From the NCBI GenBank assembly GCA_963760795.1, contig CAVXEP010000017.1, positions 64,001 to 128,000 on the forward strand: a stretch of 64,000 nt of DNA, read 5' to 3'. This document shows, one piece after another, positions 9,979 through 19,611 of this stretch. The notes under the pieces were generated by a model. The model was not told the DNA's origin. It was given only the letters and a program-made list of their open reading frames with translations, and ran no database searches. The stretch is from an uncultured delta proteobacterium (GTDB lineage: Bacteria; Desulfobacterota; Binatia; UBA9968). A program made the position numbers and the translations under genes. Position 1 is the first letter of the stretch; each line of letters begins with the position of its first letter.

Positions 9979-11016
9979 TCAATTCTTTTTATACAAGCCC
10001 TGAATGAACCCGGAACTTTCGAGCTTGTTCATGAACGAGTTGTCGAGGAGCGTCTCGACGCGCACGTCGGCGATCTTTGGGTTGAGCTGGATTAAGAGTT
10101 TTTGCAGCCGCTTCATTCCCTCCACGCTGGTGTGCGGCGCGCGCTCATAGTTGGTGATCACGGCTTGATAGGATTCCTCGATATCGGCCGGATTGCTCAA
10201 ACGCAGGTTAGTTGCCAAGAGCCGGCTCACGAGTTCCCTATTCGCCGGATCGTTAATCATCGCGATCGCCTCGATCGTGGCTTTCAAATGGCCTTCGATC
10301 ACCTGCGGCTTTGTCGCCGCCGCGCGCCGCGTAATTACCATCATGTTCTGCGGCAGGGTCACGCCGGCGGCATTCAAATTATAGAGCAAGGTGTAACCTT
10401 TGTTGGCGTAGACCTCGCCCATCGCGCCTCTTAGCGTGGTGGCATCGACACTGCCGCTCTCAAGGGCCAAGCGCCGGTTCATTTCTGTCCCCGGTATCGT
10501 CAGAAAAGAAATCTTCGCTTGAACGGGGTCGAGATTGAGTCCTTGAAGCGCCAACATCGACACCAGATGCGACGTTGATCCTGGACCGCTGACCGCGATC
10601 CGTTTGCCACGAAGGTCTTCCGGCTTCTTGATATCGGGGCGCGTGTTTAGGCGAAAATCCAGTTTCTGATTGAAGTTGGCGATGCCGGCGAGCTCCGCGC
10701 CGCTCAGACCAGCATTGACGAGATGGCCGGGACCGATGATCGCCGCGTCAATTTCACCCGCAAGCAAAGCCGCGATGGCCAAGGGATTGCGCGGCATGAG
10801 TACGAACTGCATGTCGACGCCATACTTTTTGAACAAGCCGCGCTCGCGCGCCACCCAGACATGAGTCATGCTTTCGCTGGTCACGCTGGACGACAGATTT
10901 GATTTAGTCTGACCGCTCGAAGTACTCGGGAGGCAAAAAACCAGCGAGAGGATAACGAACATGCCACACGCGCCATACAACCGTCGGCGGCCATGAGGCA
11001 AAGTGATTCTCGTCAT
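9979..11016 (-). CDS. ABC transporter substrate-binding protein (SsuA/TauA/NMT1-like)
   Basis: Signal peptide, GLFKKYG, AALLAGEID, DLRGKRIAVSGPGS motifs. Confidence 0.85.
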   Translation of the reverse strand: MTRITLPHGRRRLYGACGMFVILSLVFCLPSTSSGQTKSNLSSSVTSESMTHVWVARERGLFKKYGVDMQFVLMPRNPLAIAALLAGEIDAAIIGPGHLVNAGLSGAELAGIANFNQKLDFRLNTRPDIKKPEDLRGKRIAVSGPGSTSHLVSMLALQGLNLDPVQAKISFLTIPGTEMNRRLALESGSVDATTLRGAMGEVYANKGYTLLYNLNAAGVTLPQNMMVITRRAAATKPQVIEGHLKATIEAIAMINDPANRELVSRLLATNLRLSNPADIEESYQAVITNYERAPHTSVEGMKRLQKLLIQLNPKIADVRVETLLDNSFMNKLESSGFIQGLYKKN

Positions 11017-11110
11017 CGCGCTGACTCCGTTTGTTCCGCTCTTGGATCGGCGACCGTATCGCCCTCGCCGAACAATCGAGGATACGAGAAGCGGCTATCG
11101 TTACGGCTGA

Positions 11111-11503
11111 CTAGTCGCTCTTTTTCTCGCCCAGCGGCACGACATTTTGAAAGCCATGCTCGGAGATGTCGAAATAATTGCCATCGGGATCGGAGCCGCG
11201 GGTCTCGGCGTAGGGACGGCCGTTGGGACGGCCTTTCGGCAATTTGTTGGGGTTGACCTTTTTCATTCGGTCGACGATCTTCTCGCCGCTCTCCACTTCG
11301 AAGCCGAAATGGTACAGACCGTTGGGCGCGTTCTGTTCATGATTGGGCAGGATCGCTAGATTGAAATACCCGTCGGTCAGGAAAATCGCGCCGCCTTCGT
11401 TTTTTTCCTTGTGTAGCATCTGCATCTCGAAGACGTCCATGTAGAAGGTCGCGAGCTTGCCGGTATCTTCCGTGCGAATGGCCAAATGTTTGATCTTAGG
11501 CAT
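11111..11503 (-). CDS. VOC/glyoxalase family protein
   Basis: IKHLAI, FY..VF, LTDG..NLAIL, GLYHFGFEV, DPDGN.FD; RBS ggagga. Confidence 0.85.
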   Translation of the reverse strand: MPKIKHLAIRTEDTGKLATFYMDVFEMQMLHKEKNEGGAIFLTDGYFNLAILPNHEQNAPNGLYHFGFEVESGEKIVDRMKKVNPNKLPKGRPNGRPYAETRGSDPDGNYFDISEHGFQNVVPLGEKKSD

Positions 11504-11539
11504 ATTGTCCTCCTAGGAAAAGTTTGTGAACGTAGAGAT

Positions 11540-11893
11540 TTATTTCGCGGCTTCGGCGCGGGTGATGCCGATGCCGAACGGTTCGGAACGGTTACCGAAC
11601 AGCACCAACGGTCCGGTCCCCTTATTGATCAATTGATAATATTCTTTGGCTGGAAAAAAGACGATGTCATCTTTCTTCGCCACCCGCTCGCCGCCCTTGA
11701 TATCTTTAATCGAGCACTCCCCCTGCACCACCAGAAACGTCTCCGGATTCTGGTGAAAATGCATCGGCGTGTCGTCACCCGGCTCGAAGTAAAGCATCCA
11801 CGAGCGAAAATTATCCGTGCCAAAAAAATGGTTATTTTTAATCTTGCCTGCGCGCGCTGCGTCGATCTTCTGCCCGAGATTAATGCATTCCAT
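11540..11893 (-). CDS. Cupin domain protein
   Basis: FEPG..TPMHFH..PETFLVVQG motif 1 and DIVFFPA motif 2. Confidence 0.75.
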   Translation of the reverse strand: MECINLGQKIDAARAGKIKNNHFFGTDNFRSWMLYFEPGDDTPMHFHQNPETFLVVQGECSIKDIKGGERVAKKDDIVFFPAKEYYQLINKGTGPLVLFGNRSEPFGIGITRAEAAK

Positions 11894-11980
11894 AGCGCCC
11901 TCCCAACCAGATTTTTCCGGTGGATCGAACCTATCGCGGCATGGGTTCGCTTGTCAATTGGCGGCGGTAAGAATGGCAGC

Positions 11981-12053
11981 GGAGTAATGGAGTGCTGGAG
12001 TATTGGAGTGGTGGGCTCCGGATAACCCATTACTCCACCACTCCAATACTCCA
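11981..12053. repeat. Intergenic 8-nt periodic inverted repeat (GGAGTNNT/ANNACTCC)
   Basis: ggagtaat-ggagtgct-ggagtatt-ggagtggt arm and attactcc-accactcc-aatactcc arm. Confidence 0.8.
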
Positions 12054-12063
12054 ACGAATCCGT

Positions 12064-13470
12064 TTATCGCAACTCCAGCTCGATCTGATCTTTATCGACG
12101 ATCAGCGGCAGCATCGCTTCGCGAATGACTTTCTCGCTGACTTCGCCGAAGCGCTCTTTGAAACGGTCGAGGGGAACCACGGCTTTGGCCATGGCACGGT
12201 GGCCACCGGCGCTGCCGATATCGTCGTAGAGTTTTTTCATGATGTCGCCCGCGCTTTTAACGTAGCCGACGTTGCGCACGGAAATCACCACGCGATCGTT
12301 GACGAGACCGGACACCACGCCCCAGTCGACGCCTTCGATCTGTAGACAGAACTCGGCCATCTGCGGAATCACGTCTTCGCGGTTGACTTCGCCCAAGTAA
12401 ATCACGGCGACCCCGTTGTCGACTTGCAGGTGGCTCAACGCCCGGCCCATCGCTTCAAGATCTTCCCGCGGCAAGGCCGGCCGCTCGATGCGCGTGATCA
12501 TCGCCTTGTTGGCGAGCGGATAGAGATAGTTGAAGGCGCTCAAGTCGGCCAGGTTGCTGCCCCGTTCGAGAAACAGCGTATCGGTCTTGATGCCGTAGAG
12601 CAGCGCGGTGGCTAAGCGCTGCGACGGCTCCATGCCGGCGGCACGTAGATATTCCGTGAAGATCGTCGCCGTCGAGCCGTAGGCGGTGCGCAAATCGGCG
12701 AAGCGCGCCTTGAAGTTGCTCCGCTTCGGATGGTGGTCGACGACCAAGTCGACCCGTCCGAGAGTCTGCTCAAAGTAAGGCGGCTGGACGTCGACCATGG
12801 CTAGGCGGGCGCCGTCTTTGTGTAAGTCATCGGGGGTTATGTGATCGATTTGAATTTCCAACAGCTCGATCATCGCCAAATTCTCCGGGCGGGTGACCGT
12901 GCCGAACGTCACGATCGGCGTGGTCGTACGGTTGCGCCCGAGCAACTCGCGCAGCGCCAAAGCGCTGCCGATGGCGTCGGGATCGGGATCATGTTGCAAC
13001 AGGATGTGGATCTTCTTGCCTTCGTCGAACAACGAGCGGATGCGCTCGACTTTCTTGATATTGAGAGTGTCGAGCAGTTGAGTAGCGCAAAACTCGGCGA
13101 AGATATCGGCGAGCTGCAAGTGGCGCAACAACGGGTCGTCGGGTTCTTTCGTAGTTTTTTTGCCGTTTTTTTCCGAGGTCAAGGAAACGATCGGGATGTT
13201 TTTGTCGAGGGCACGCAACAAGCGGCACACCCGATCCTGCTCGTCGGCATCACGGACAAAAACCACCGCCTGATCGACATGGTGCAGTTTGATTTTCTTG
13301 TAGGTCTCTTCTTTTAAAAGGTCGCCATGCCAAACCTTAACCCGTTGCCGTTTGATACGCTGGGCGATATTTGCAGTAGGCACGAGGTAGCGCACGTCGC
13401 CCTGCTCGGTGGCGACATTGCGCATAAACTGAAATAACAGGTCGTCTTCACAGATGGCCAGATATTGCAT
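12064..13470 (-). CDS. DHH/DHHA1 phosphoesterase with N-terminal RCK/TrkA-N-like domain
   Basis: HDPDPDAIGS, MVDV, VVDHH, GIKTDT, SAGGH motifs; N-terminal Rossmann-like segment (WHGDLL..ETY). Confidence 0.85.
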   Translation of the reverse strand: MQYLAICEDDLLFQFMRNVATEQGDVRYLVPTANIAQRIKRQRVKVWHGDLLKEETYKKIKLHHVDQAVVFVRDADEQDRVCRLLRALDKNIPIVSLTSEKNGKKTTKEPDDPLLRHLQLADIFAEFCATQLLDTLNIKKVERIRSLFDEGKKIHILLQHDPDPDAIGSALALRELLGRNRTTTPIVTFGTVTRPENLAMIELLEIQIDHITPDDLHKDGARLAMVDVQPPYFEQTLGRVDLVVDHHPKRSNFKARFADLRTAYGSTATIFTEYLRAAGMEPSQRLATALLYGIKTDTLFLERGSNLADLSAFNYLYPLANKAMITRIERPALPREDLEAMGRALSHLQVDNGVAVIYLGEVNREDVIPQMAEFCLQIEGVDWGVVSGLVNDRVVISVRNVGYVKSAGDIMKKLYDDIGSAGGHRAMAKAVVPLDRFKERFGEVSEKVIREAMLPLIVDKDQIELELR

Positions 13471-13590
13471 AAGGATATCCCGTGAGCGGGACTTAGATGC
13501 GGCGGACTTGCACGGCGCAATCGGCAGCTTGTCGTTTCATCGGCACCGCCGGACTCTAGCACCTAGCTTGGGTCAAAGCTAGGCAAACTA

Positions 13591-13620
13591 TTGATGCGTG
13601 GCTGCCAGGCAGCCTATAAG
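13591..13620 (+). promoter_or_regulatory. Putative sigma-70 promoter with palindromic operator in the spacer
   Basis: TTGATG-N18-TATAAG with perfect palindrome GGCTGCC-A-GGCAGCC (13600-13614) between the hexamers. Confidence 0.4.
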
Positions 13621-13656
13621 ATAACGAATTATCGAAAGAAAGTAAGTACAAAAGGC

Positions 13657-14886
13657 ATGATAAACAGTGGTGAAAGAGGCTTTGGCCTAGGAAAATTCAG
13701 CGCAGTGGAACGTGGGCGGCGCTGGGCGCGGGTGCGCGAGCTGATGGCTAGGGAGCAACTCGATGCCATCATTGGATTTCCCAACCAGAGCCACTGGGAT
13801 CAGTTCCAGGCTGACATTCGCTACCTCACTCACATCGGCGGCCACCAAACCGAAGTTGCCATGGTCTTTCCGCTGACGGGTGAGCCCACCGCTTTTGTCC
13901 GCGGCAGCAACGAAATCGACTGGTGGCGCATCGCCCAGGACTGGGTCAGCGACATTCGCCCGTCACGACGCGAATGGAGCCCGCCGATGATCGCGCGCAT
14001 GAAGGAGTTGCAATTGGACCAAGGGCGCATCGGCGTCAGCGGCCTAAGCGGCCTGTTGCGTGCGCCCGAGGGCACTGTCGTCAGCGGCATGCTCGACAGC
14101 GTGCGCCAAGCGTTTCCCAAAGCCAAGTTTGAAAATGCCACCGAGCTGTTGCAAGACGCGCGCTCGATCAAAGGCCCGGAAGAAGTGGCCTGGATGGAAC
14201 GCGCCGCCGAGATCCTTGACCAAGTCGTCGCGGCGATCCTCGCCAAAGCGCGCCCCGGCGTGATGGAGAACGACATGGTCGCGACCATCTGGCAGACGAT
14301 CATCGCCAATGGCGGCGATTATCCATCGATGACCCACTGGGGCGCCGGCGCCGACGTGCCTTGGGCCTGCCGCATCGCGCCCCATCGGCCACTGCAAGCC
14401 GGCGACTTTATCAACACGGAACTCGAGGCCAAATACGGCGGCTATATTTCCCAGACCGTGCAGGCCGCTTGTCTCGGCAAGATTCCCAAAGAACTGAAAG
14501 GCGCCTTCGATACCAGCGTAAATGTCTTCAACGAATTGGTGCAGTTCATGAAGCCCGGCGTCTCTTATCGCGCCGTGATCGAGTTCTATCAGAAACTGGT
14601 TCGTGAAGCAGGCTTCATTCCCAAAGGCATGCTGCTGCACGGCCGCGGCATTGGCGAAGACCGGCCGCAAATCACCGGCGAGGTTGCCGGCGATATGTAC
14701 ACCAGCGCGACCTACACCCAACATCTCGATCTGCCGCTGCTCGAAGGCAACGTCTTCGTGCTCAAGCCCGGCGCCATGCCGGGCGACGCGCCCGACTCGA
14801 TCCGCTGCGGTGACACCGTGGTCATTGAGAAAACCGGCGCCCGACGGCTGGGCAAAAGACAGTTTACTTTTCCCGAAATTATGTAA
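13657..14886 (+). CDS. M24 (creatinase/aminopeptidase P fold) family protein with degenerate metal ligands
   Basis: N-terminal creatinase-like domain (RYLT), IKGPEE, PGVMEND, HGRGIG; canonical acidic ligands replaced. Confidence 0.8.
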   Translation: MINSGERGFGLGKFSAVERGRRWARVRELMAREQLDAIIGFPNQSHWDQFQADIRYLTHIGGHQTEVAMVFPLTGEPTAFVRGSNEIDWWRIAQDWVSDIRPSRREWSPPMIARMKELQLDQGRIGVSGLSGLLRAPEGTVVSGMLDSVRQAFPKAKFENATELLQDARSIKGPEEVAWMERAAEILDQVVAAILAKARPGVMENDMVATIWQTIIANGGDYPSMTHWGAGADVPWACRIAPHRPLQAGDFINTELEAKYGGYISQTVQAACLGKIPKELKGAFDTSVNVFNELVQFMKPGVSYRAVIEFYQKLVREAGFIPKGMLLHGRGIGEDRPQITGEVAGDMYTSATYTQHLDLPLLEGNVFVLKPGAMPGDAPDSIRCGDTVVIEKTGARRLGKRQFTFPEIM

Positions 14887-14974
14887 AAAGTATTTTGGGT
14901 GGGTTCGTTGACGCTTCGCCGCGATTTTAGATACGGTTACCGTTGGTAGCGGGCTCGATGGTGGAGGAAATTGA

Positions 14975-15883
14975 ATGGTTGCAGAAATTCGTTACGGCGT
15001 CGAAACCATCGATCACATCGCGATCCCGGTGCGCGATCTGGCATTGAACCAGGCGTTCTACGTCGAAACTCTTGGGCTTAAATTCAAAACCACCAGGCGC
15101 AATCCCGACGGCAGCCCGCGCCAAACCTACGTGCTCGCCGGTGACAATATCATCGGCCTACATTTACCTGGCGTCAGCGCCGGCACTGCGCCGAGCGGCG
15201 CGCCGAGAATCGGCGTCAGCGTCAGCAGCCAACGTTTCGCGCAAGTTGAAAACAATTTGCGCTTGGCCAAGTACCCGTTCGAAGATCCCGTCGAACATGC
15301 AGCCGACGCGCCGCTCACCCGCTCGATTTATTTCGACGATCCCGATGGCAACCATCTGGAATTTTGTCTGCGCCGCGTCGAACCGCGGATGGAATGTATT
15401 AGCCACACGGTTTTCGAAACCTGCAATATGAAAAAGGCCCTGACATTTTACTCCGAAGTGCTCGGCACAGGCGCGCCCATCCGATGCGGCGAGGAAACCA
15501 TGATGCCGACGCAAAACGGCCAAATGATCGGTCTTGTGGAAGTCGCGGAACTATCTGAGCGCAGTAAGAAACACGGCCGCGGCTGTCACATGGCCATGGA
15601 CGTGCGCCAGGAAGATTTCGACGCCATGGTCGCTCTCGTCGAGCGCCATGGCGGCAAGAGCCAAGGCGACAAGCGCGCCGACGATGGCTTGAGACCGGCG
15701 GGTGAGCGCAGCATTTACCTCTTCGATCCCGACAACAATCGGCTGCAAATCACCGCCCACGCAGCGAATCAGCAAGCAGAACTACTCGACGACGAAGAAA
15801 AATGGCGCCGCATCATCGCCAGCCGCAAAGAGCAAGGCAAAGGCCTCACCCGCTGGGAAAGCGGCGGGAAGAAACTCGTTTAG
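14975..15883 (+). CDS. Two-domain VOC/glyoxalase family protein
   Basis: IDHIAIPV.DL...FY...LG, SIYFDDPDGNHLE, second repeat ISHTVFE...HMAMDV...SIYLFDPDNNRLQ. Confidence 0.85.
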   Translation: MVAEIRYGVETIDHIAIPVRDLALNQAFYVETLGLKFKTTRRNPDGSPRQTYVLAGDNIIGLHLPGVSAGTAPSGAPRIGVSVSSQRFAQVENNLRLAKYPFEDPVEHAADAPLTRSIYFDDPDGNHLEFCLRRVEPRMECISHTVFETCNMKKALTFYSEVLGTGAPIRCGEETMMPTQNGQMIGLVEVAELSERSKKHGRGCHMAMDVRQEDFDAMVALVERHGGKSQGDKRADDGLRPAGERSIYLFDPDNNRLQITAHAANQQAELLDDEEKWRRIIASRKEQGKGLTRWESGGKKLV

Positions 15884-15910
15884 AAAATTCTTTCGCAGTC
15901 CAGCCATCCC

Positions 15911-16000
15911 GTAGGATGGGTGGAACGAAGCGATACCCATCTCAATCAACGCCGCGTGTGACATCAACCGATGGGTTTCGTCGGAACTCAGCCATCCTAC
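15911..16000. repeat. Inverted pair of GTAG-type REP elements (REPIN/BIME-like)
   Basis: GTAGGATGGGTGGAACGAAGCGATACCCATC (15911-15941) and inverted GATGGGTTTCGTCGGAACTCAGCCATCCTAC (15970-16000) between convergent genes. Confidence 0.8.
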
Positions 16001-16105
16001 GGGGTTGCTTTGTAGTCATCATCGCGCTTAGCAAAAAAAGGGCGTAGCTAGCTACGCTCTTCGGAAATTCTTCTTTGCGTTCTTTGCGGTGAAATCATCC
16101 GATTT

Positions 16106-17131
16106 CTAATTCTTCTTTGCCAAAATCAGCGTCGTCCCCGGCAGAGTCTTGGGAATATCGCCCTGGGTCGTGATCGAAGCGAATCCCGCCTTCTTCATCC
16201 AGTCGGAATATTGCCCCAGGGTCCAGCACTCCCCTTCCGGCGTATGCGTCAGCGTGTAAACGGAAAAACGCAACGCAAATGTAGGCTCGGTGCGCTCTTC
16301 GTTGGGCACGAAGTCGTTGACGACGAAGATTCCGCCCGGCTTCAAGGCGGAAAAAGCTTTAGCAAATAATTCCTGATTGCCCTTGGGCGATTCGAAGCGG
16401 CAGAAATTGCTGGCGAGAACTAGATCATAGTGATTGGTTTCGATGTTCGCTGTTTGATGTTCGCCGTCGATAAAACGAATCTTGCCTTCCAGGCCGCGTT
16501 CTTTGTTCACCTTCTGTGCCACCGCGTTGACGTTGGGCCAGTCGAGTTGTGTGACCTGGGCGGTCGGATCGCGCGTGACGATGGTCATGCCGAAGATGCT
16601 CGAACCGCCGGCCACATCGAGCACGCGCAAGCCTTTGCGCTCACTGCCAATTTTTAGCATATCGCATAGCGCTTTGGCCGCCGGCTCGGCGATGACGATG
16701 ATGCCGAGCACGAGTTTTTCCCAAACTTGCAGCTCGGCGTTGGTATCCATGCGGCTGAGCGGCTTGCCGGTCTTGAGCGATTCTTTGAGATGAGCCATGC
16801 CGTCCCACAACGCCAAGGCGACATGACGGAAATCACCGCAATAGGAAGGTTTGCCCTTGACCAGGAAAGCCTGCGCCGATGGTGTGAGGAAATACTTACC
16901 GTCGCGCTTTTCGATCAATGACAACGCCGGCAAGCTGTCGAGCACGATGCGCGTCGCGCGCGCGTCCGTGCCAGCTTCGCGTGCCACCGCTTCGGCGCTA
17001 TCGAAACCTTTGTTGATCAGCGTGAAAAAATCGTACTCCAGCGCGGCGTCCAAGATTTGGCTGTTGGCGAAATCGCCGAGTATCCGCATCAACGGACGGG
17101 GTGAAATTTCTTCTTGGTTAGACTCGGCCAT
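16106..17131 (-). CDS. Class I SAM-dependent O-methyltransferase (Methyltransf_2 with dimerisation domain)
   Basis: N-terminal HTH dimerisation segment (AALEYDFF..I..G), VLDVAGGSS SAM motif, LDWP, ALKPGG.FVVNDF; own ATG (MAESNQ) 2 nt after the upstream stop. Confidence 0.88.
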   Translation of the reverse strand: MAESNQEEISPRPLMRILGDFANSQILDAALEYDFFTLINKGFDSAEAVAREAGTDARATRIVLDSLPALSLIEKRDGKYFLTPSAQAFLVKGKPSYCGDFRHVALALWDGMAHLKESLKTGKPLSRMDTNAELQVWEKLVLGIIVIAEPAAKALCDMLKIGSERKGLRVLDVAGGSSIFGMTIVTRDPTAQVTQLDWPNVNAVAQKVNKERGLEGKIRFIDGEHQTANIETNHYDLVLASNFCRFESPKGNQELFAKAFSALKPGGIFVVNDFVPNEERTEPTFALRFSVYTLTHTPEGECWTLGQYSDWMKKAGFASITTQGDIPKTLPGTTLILAKKN

Positions 17132-17133
17132 GC

Positions 17134-17930
17134 TTACTCTTTGTACAGCCCTTCCTTCTTGATCTGCTGATACACACCCTCGAAGAACCAGGCGAAGTAG
17201 GCCGTGCCCATGCGCATGCAATACTCCAGGTTGAAGCCAGGGCGCGTCTCGGCCTTGCCTTCGATGAGCAGGTTCTTCAAAACCATCCAGTCCAAGATCG
17301 GCATGCGCCATGATGCCGTCATGTTCTTCCAAATCGGCCTTGGCGTGGACGCGAAAGTAGACGATCTTTTCTTCGGGGAAATTATAAACCTTGCGCAGCG
17401 TCGTACCGAAGAAGCGCGCCCAATGGCCGACGGCTTCCTCGACGCAAAACGACGCCCACCACTCGACCATGGTGCCCTCGTAGAGGACGCCGCGGTAGTA
17501 CTCCAGGAACGCGCGGCACTCGGCGAGCATTTCGTATTCGACCATCTCATCGTCGTTGAGTCCGAAGTTGCGTCCCTGTTCGAGGACGATCTGAATATGG
17601 CCGGGCGGCTTGGGATGCATCATCTCGTCGGCCACATGGGCGGCGAAATGCTTTTGCAGCTCCGGATGGCGCTTGAAAAACGGCAGAGTGGCGCTGGTAG
17701 GCGACACCGTGGAAATTATTGATCTCGGCGACAAAGCCGTGCCAGTTCTGCCAGAAGATTTTGATCGCCTCCATCGGCAGTGTGCCGTTGCCCATGTCGG
17801 TGTGGAAACGACCTTTGATCAGCCAGCGGTCGGCTATGTCGAGTAAATATTTCTTTAAGTCCGCGATCACTGCGTCGGCTTCCTGCGGCGAAAGTTTTTT
17901 CCCGGAAAAATCCTGTCTGCCTAGTCCCAT
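17134..17930 (-). CDS. Heme-oxygenase-like (TenA/PqqC/CADD) diiron-type protein; two apparent frameshifts (~17688, ~17293)
   Basis: Joining three frames gives about 264 aa with ADEMMHPKPPGH, VEEA and YFRVHAKADLEEH, matching the CADD-type E..H/E/H..D..H ligand pattern; RBS aaggagg. Confidence 0.72.
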
Positions 17931-18022
17931 AATCCCCTCCTTAATTTAGCTCTGCCGATACCAATCTTTCCCGATTTCTGTTTCCGACGTTGAACCTTTG
18001 AACGCTTGAACCTTGAACGAAA

Positions 18023-19508
18023 TCAGAAAAGCGCCCCCGGGTTGAGAATATTATTCGGATCGACCAATTGTTTGATCTCTTTGACGACATCATAAAGGCT
18101 GCCGAGTCTATTATAGGGCACCGGCCCCTTGGTGCTCAGAGTCGGCGCCGTCCAGACCACGCCGCGTTCGTTGCTGAACTGCGTCACCATGCCCATCCAC
18201 TTGCGCAGCCGGCCGACGTCTTCGTCGTCATAGGGATTATAGAAAGTAAAATACTCTTCTTTGATGGCGAAATCGCGGGTGACGTAGCTATCGTGCTGCG
18301 GCGAGTGCTCGGCGTCCCAGATGCCGCATTCGCGCTTGGCCGCTTCGTCGAGGTCGTACATTTCTTTCAAAAATCGCAGCGGATACATTTTCGAGGTCAC
18401 TGCGAACATGCCGGTATGGCGCACCACCGTACCGCACCAACCGTCCGGCCCCATGATATGCCAGTCGGGCCAGCCATGCAGACCCAGCTCCTGCGCCTTC
18501 GCCCCCATCGCTTTGTCGGCGATCTCCGGCACGTCGACGCCGCCGGCGCTTTCATACACCCGCCGCATGCGCTTTTCTTTGAACGCCAGCTCTTCAGCGT
18601 CACGCGCCATGACAACGGTTTTCAGAAAAAACCAGCCGTCGTCGGGAATCTTGTTTTTGTCGTACAGCCCCTCTGCCATCGGCCAGTGATACTGCCAGCG
18701 GTCGGTGAAATGGATGTCGTAGACGACTTCGCCTCGGACTAATTCAACCAGGGAATCCTGCACCTGTTGGAGTTGATCGCGGCGGAACACGTAGCAGTAA
18801 TCATGCAGCCATTCGCGCTGGCATTGAATCGCGCGTAGACAGACTTTGCTGATGATCCCCATGGAGCCGGCGGCGAGGGTAAACAGACCCAACAGATCCG
18901 GCAGGTGAATCCATTTTTGAAACGGCCCGAAGGTCGTGCCTTGATTGGCCAGCGCGCCCAGGCGAATGGTTTCGCCGTTGGCGAGAATGACTTCCAAGCC
19001 GAGCACCATATCGGCGATCCAGCCGTAGCGGGTCATGCCATAGCCGATACCGCCTTTGTTGATCATCGCACCGATAACCACCGCCGGCCCGTAGGTGCCG
19101 AAGTTGGGCAGCATCAAGCCATGCTGGCGCAGCGCATGATGAATCGCGTACACACTGGCACCGCCCTCGGCAATCACGTACTGCATCGTGCGAATTCACT
19201 TCGAGGATCTTGTCCATGCCGAGCATGTCGAGCAAGACGCCGCCTTTGAGCGGCGAGCTGATGCCCATGCCGACGCCGCCCTTGGCGACGATGGGAATCT
19301 TATGCTCGTTGGCGAATCTCAAAATGTCGGCAACCTTGTGATTGCCTTGGGCGTCGGACTCGATGCGCACGATCACGTCTGGCAGCGCCCGGTAAGCACC
19401 GTAGGCCAGGGTGTGCTGATAATTAATCTTGTCTATCGGGTTAGTCGAAACCCGCCGTGGCCCGACGATCTCAGTCAGCTTGGCGATGATCTCGTCGAGG
19501 GAAAGCAT
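18023..19508 (-). CDS. FAD-binding oxidoreductase (VAO/PCMH, GlcD-like fold); frameshift near 19193
   Basis: PDVIVR, IPIVAKGG, GGVLLDM..MDKILEVN, VLGLEVILANGE, C-terminal DPNNILNPG. Confidence 0.85.
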
Positions 19509-19611
19509 AGAAATGGGAATTTAAGGCAAAATGCAAATATCAAAATGAAACACTGCGGTTCACAGGAGCTGGCTTGAGACTGCAATTCACATTTTGCATT
19601 GTCGCTTGGAC

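Noticed and set aside
11981-12053. Possible CRISPR array
   Set aside because: Units are 8 nt with no unique spacers, and no cas genes are present in the window.
11486-12054. ORFs 11486-12025 and 11629-12054 containing MEYWSGGVM/TPILQHSITP-like segments
   Set aside because: These are translations of the 8-nt periodic intergenic repeat overlapping the cupin gene.
16106-17734. Apparent 542-aa HDO-methyltransferase fusion ORF
   Set aside because: It results from two indels; the HDO has its own C-terminus and stop (17134) in another frame and the methyltransferase has its own ATG at 17131.
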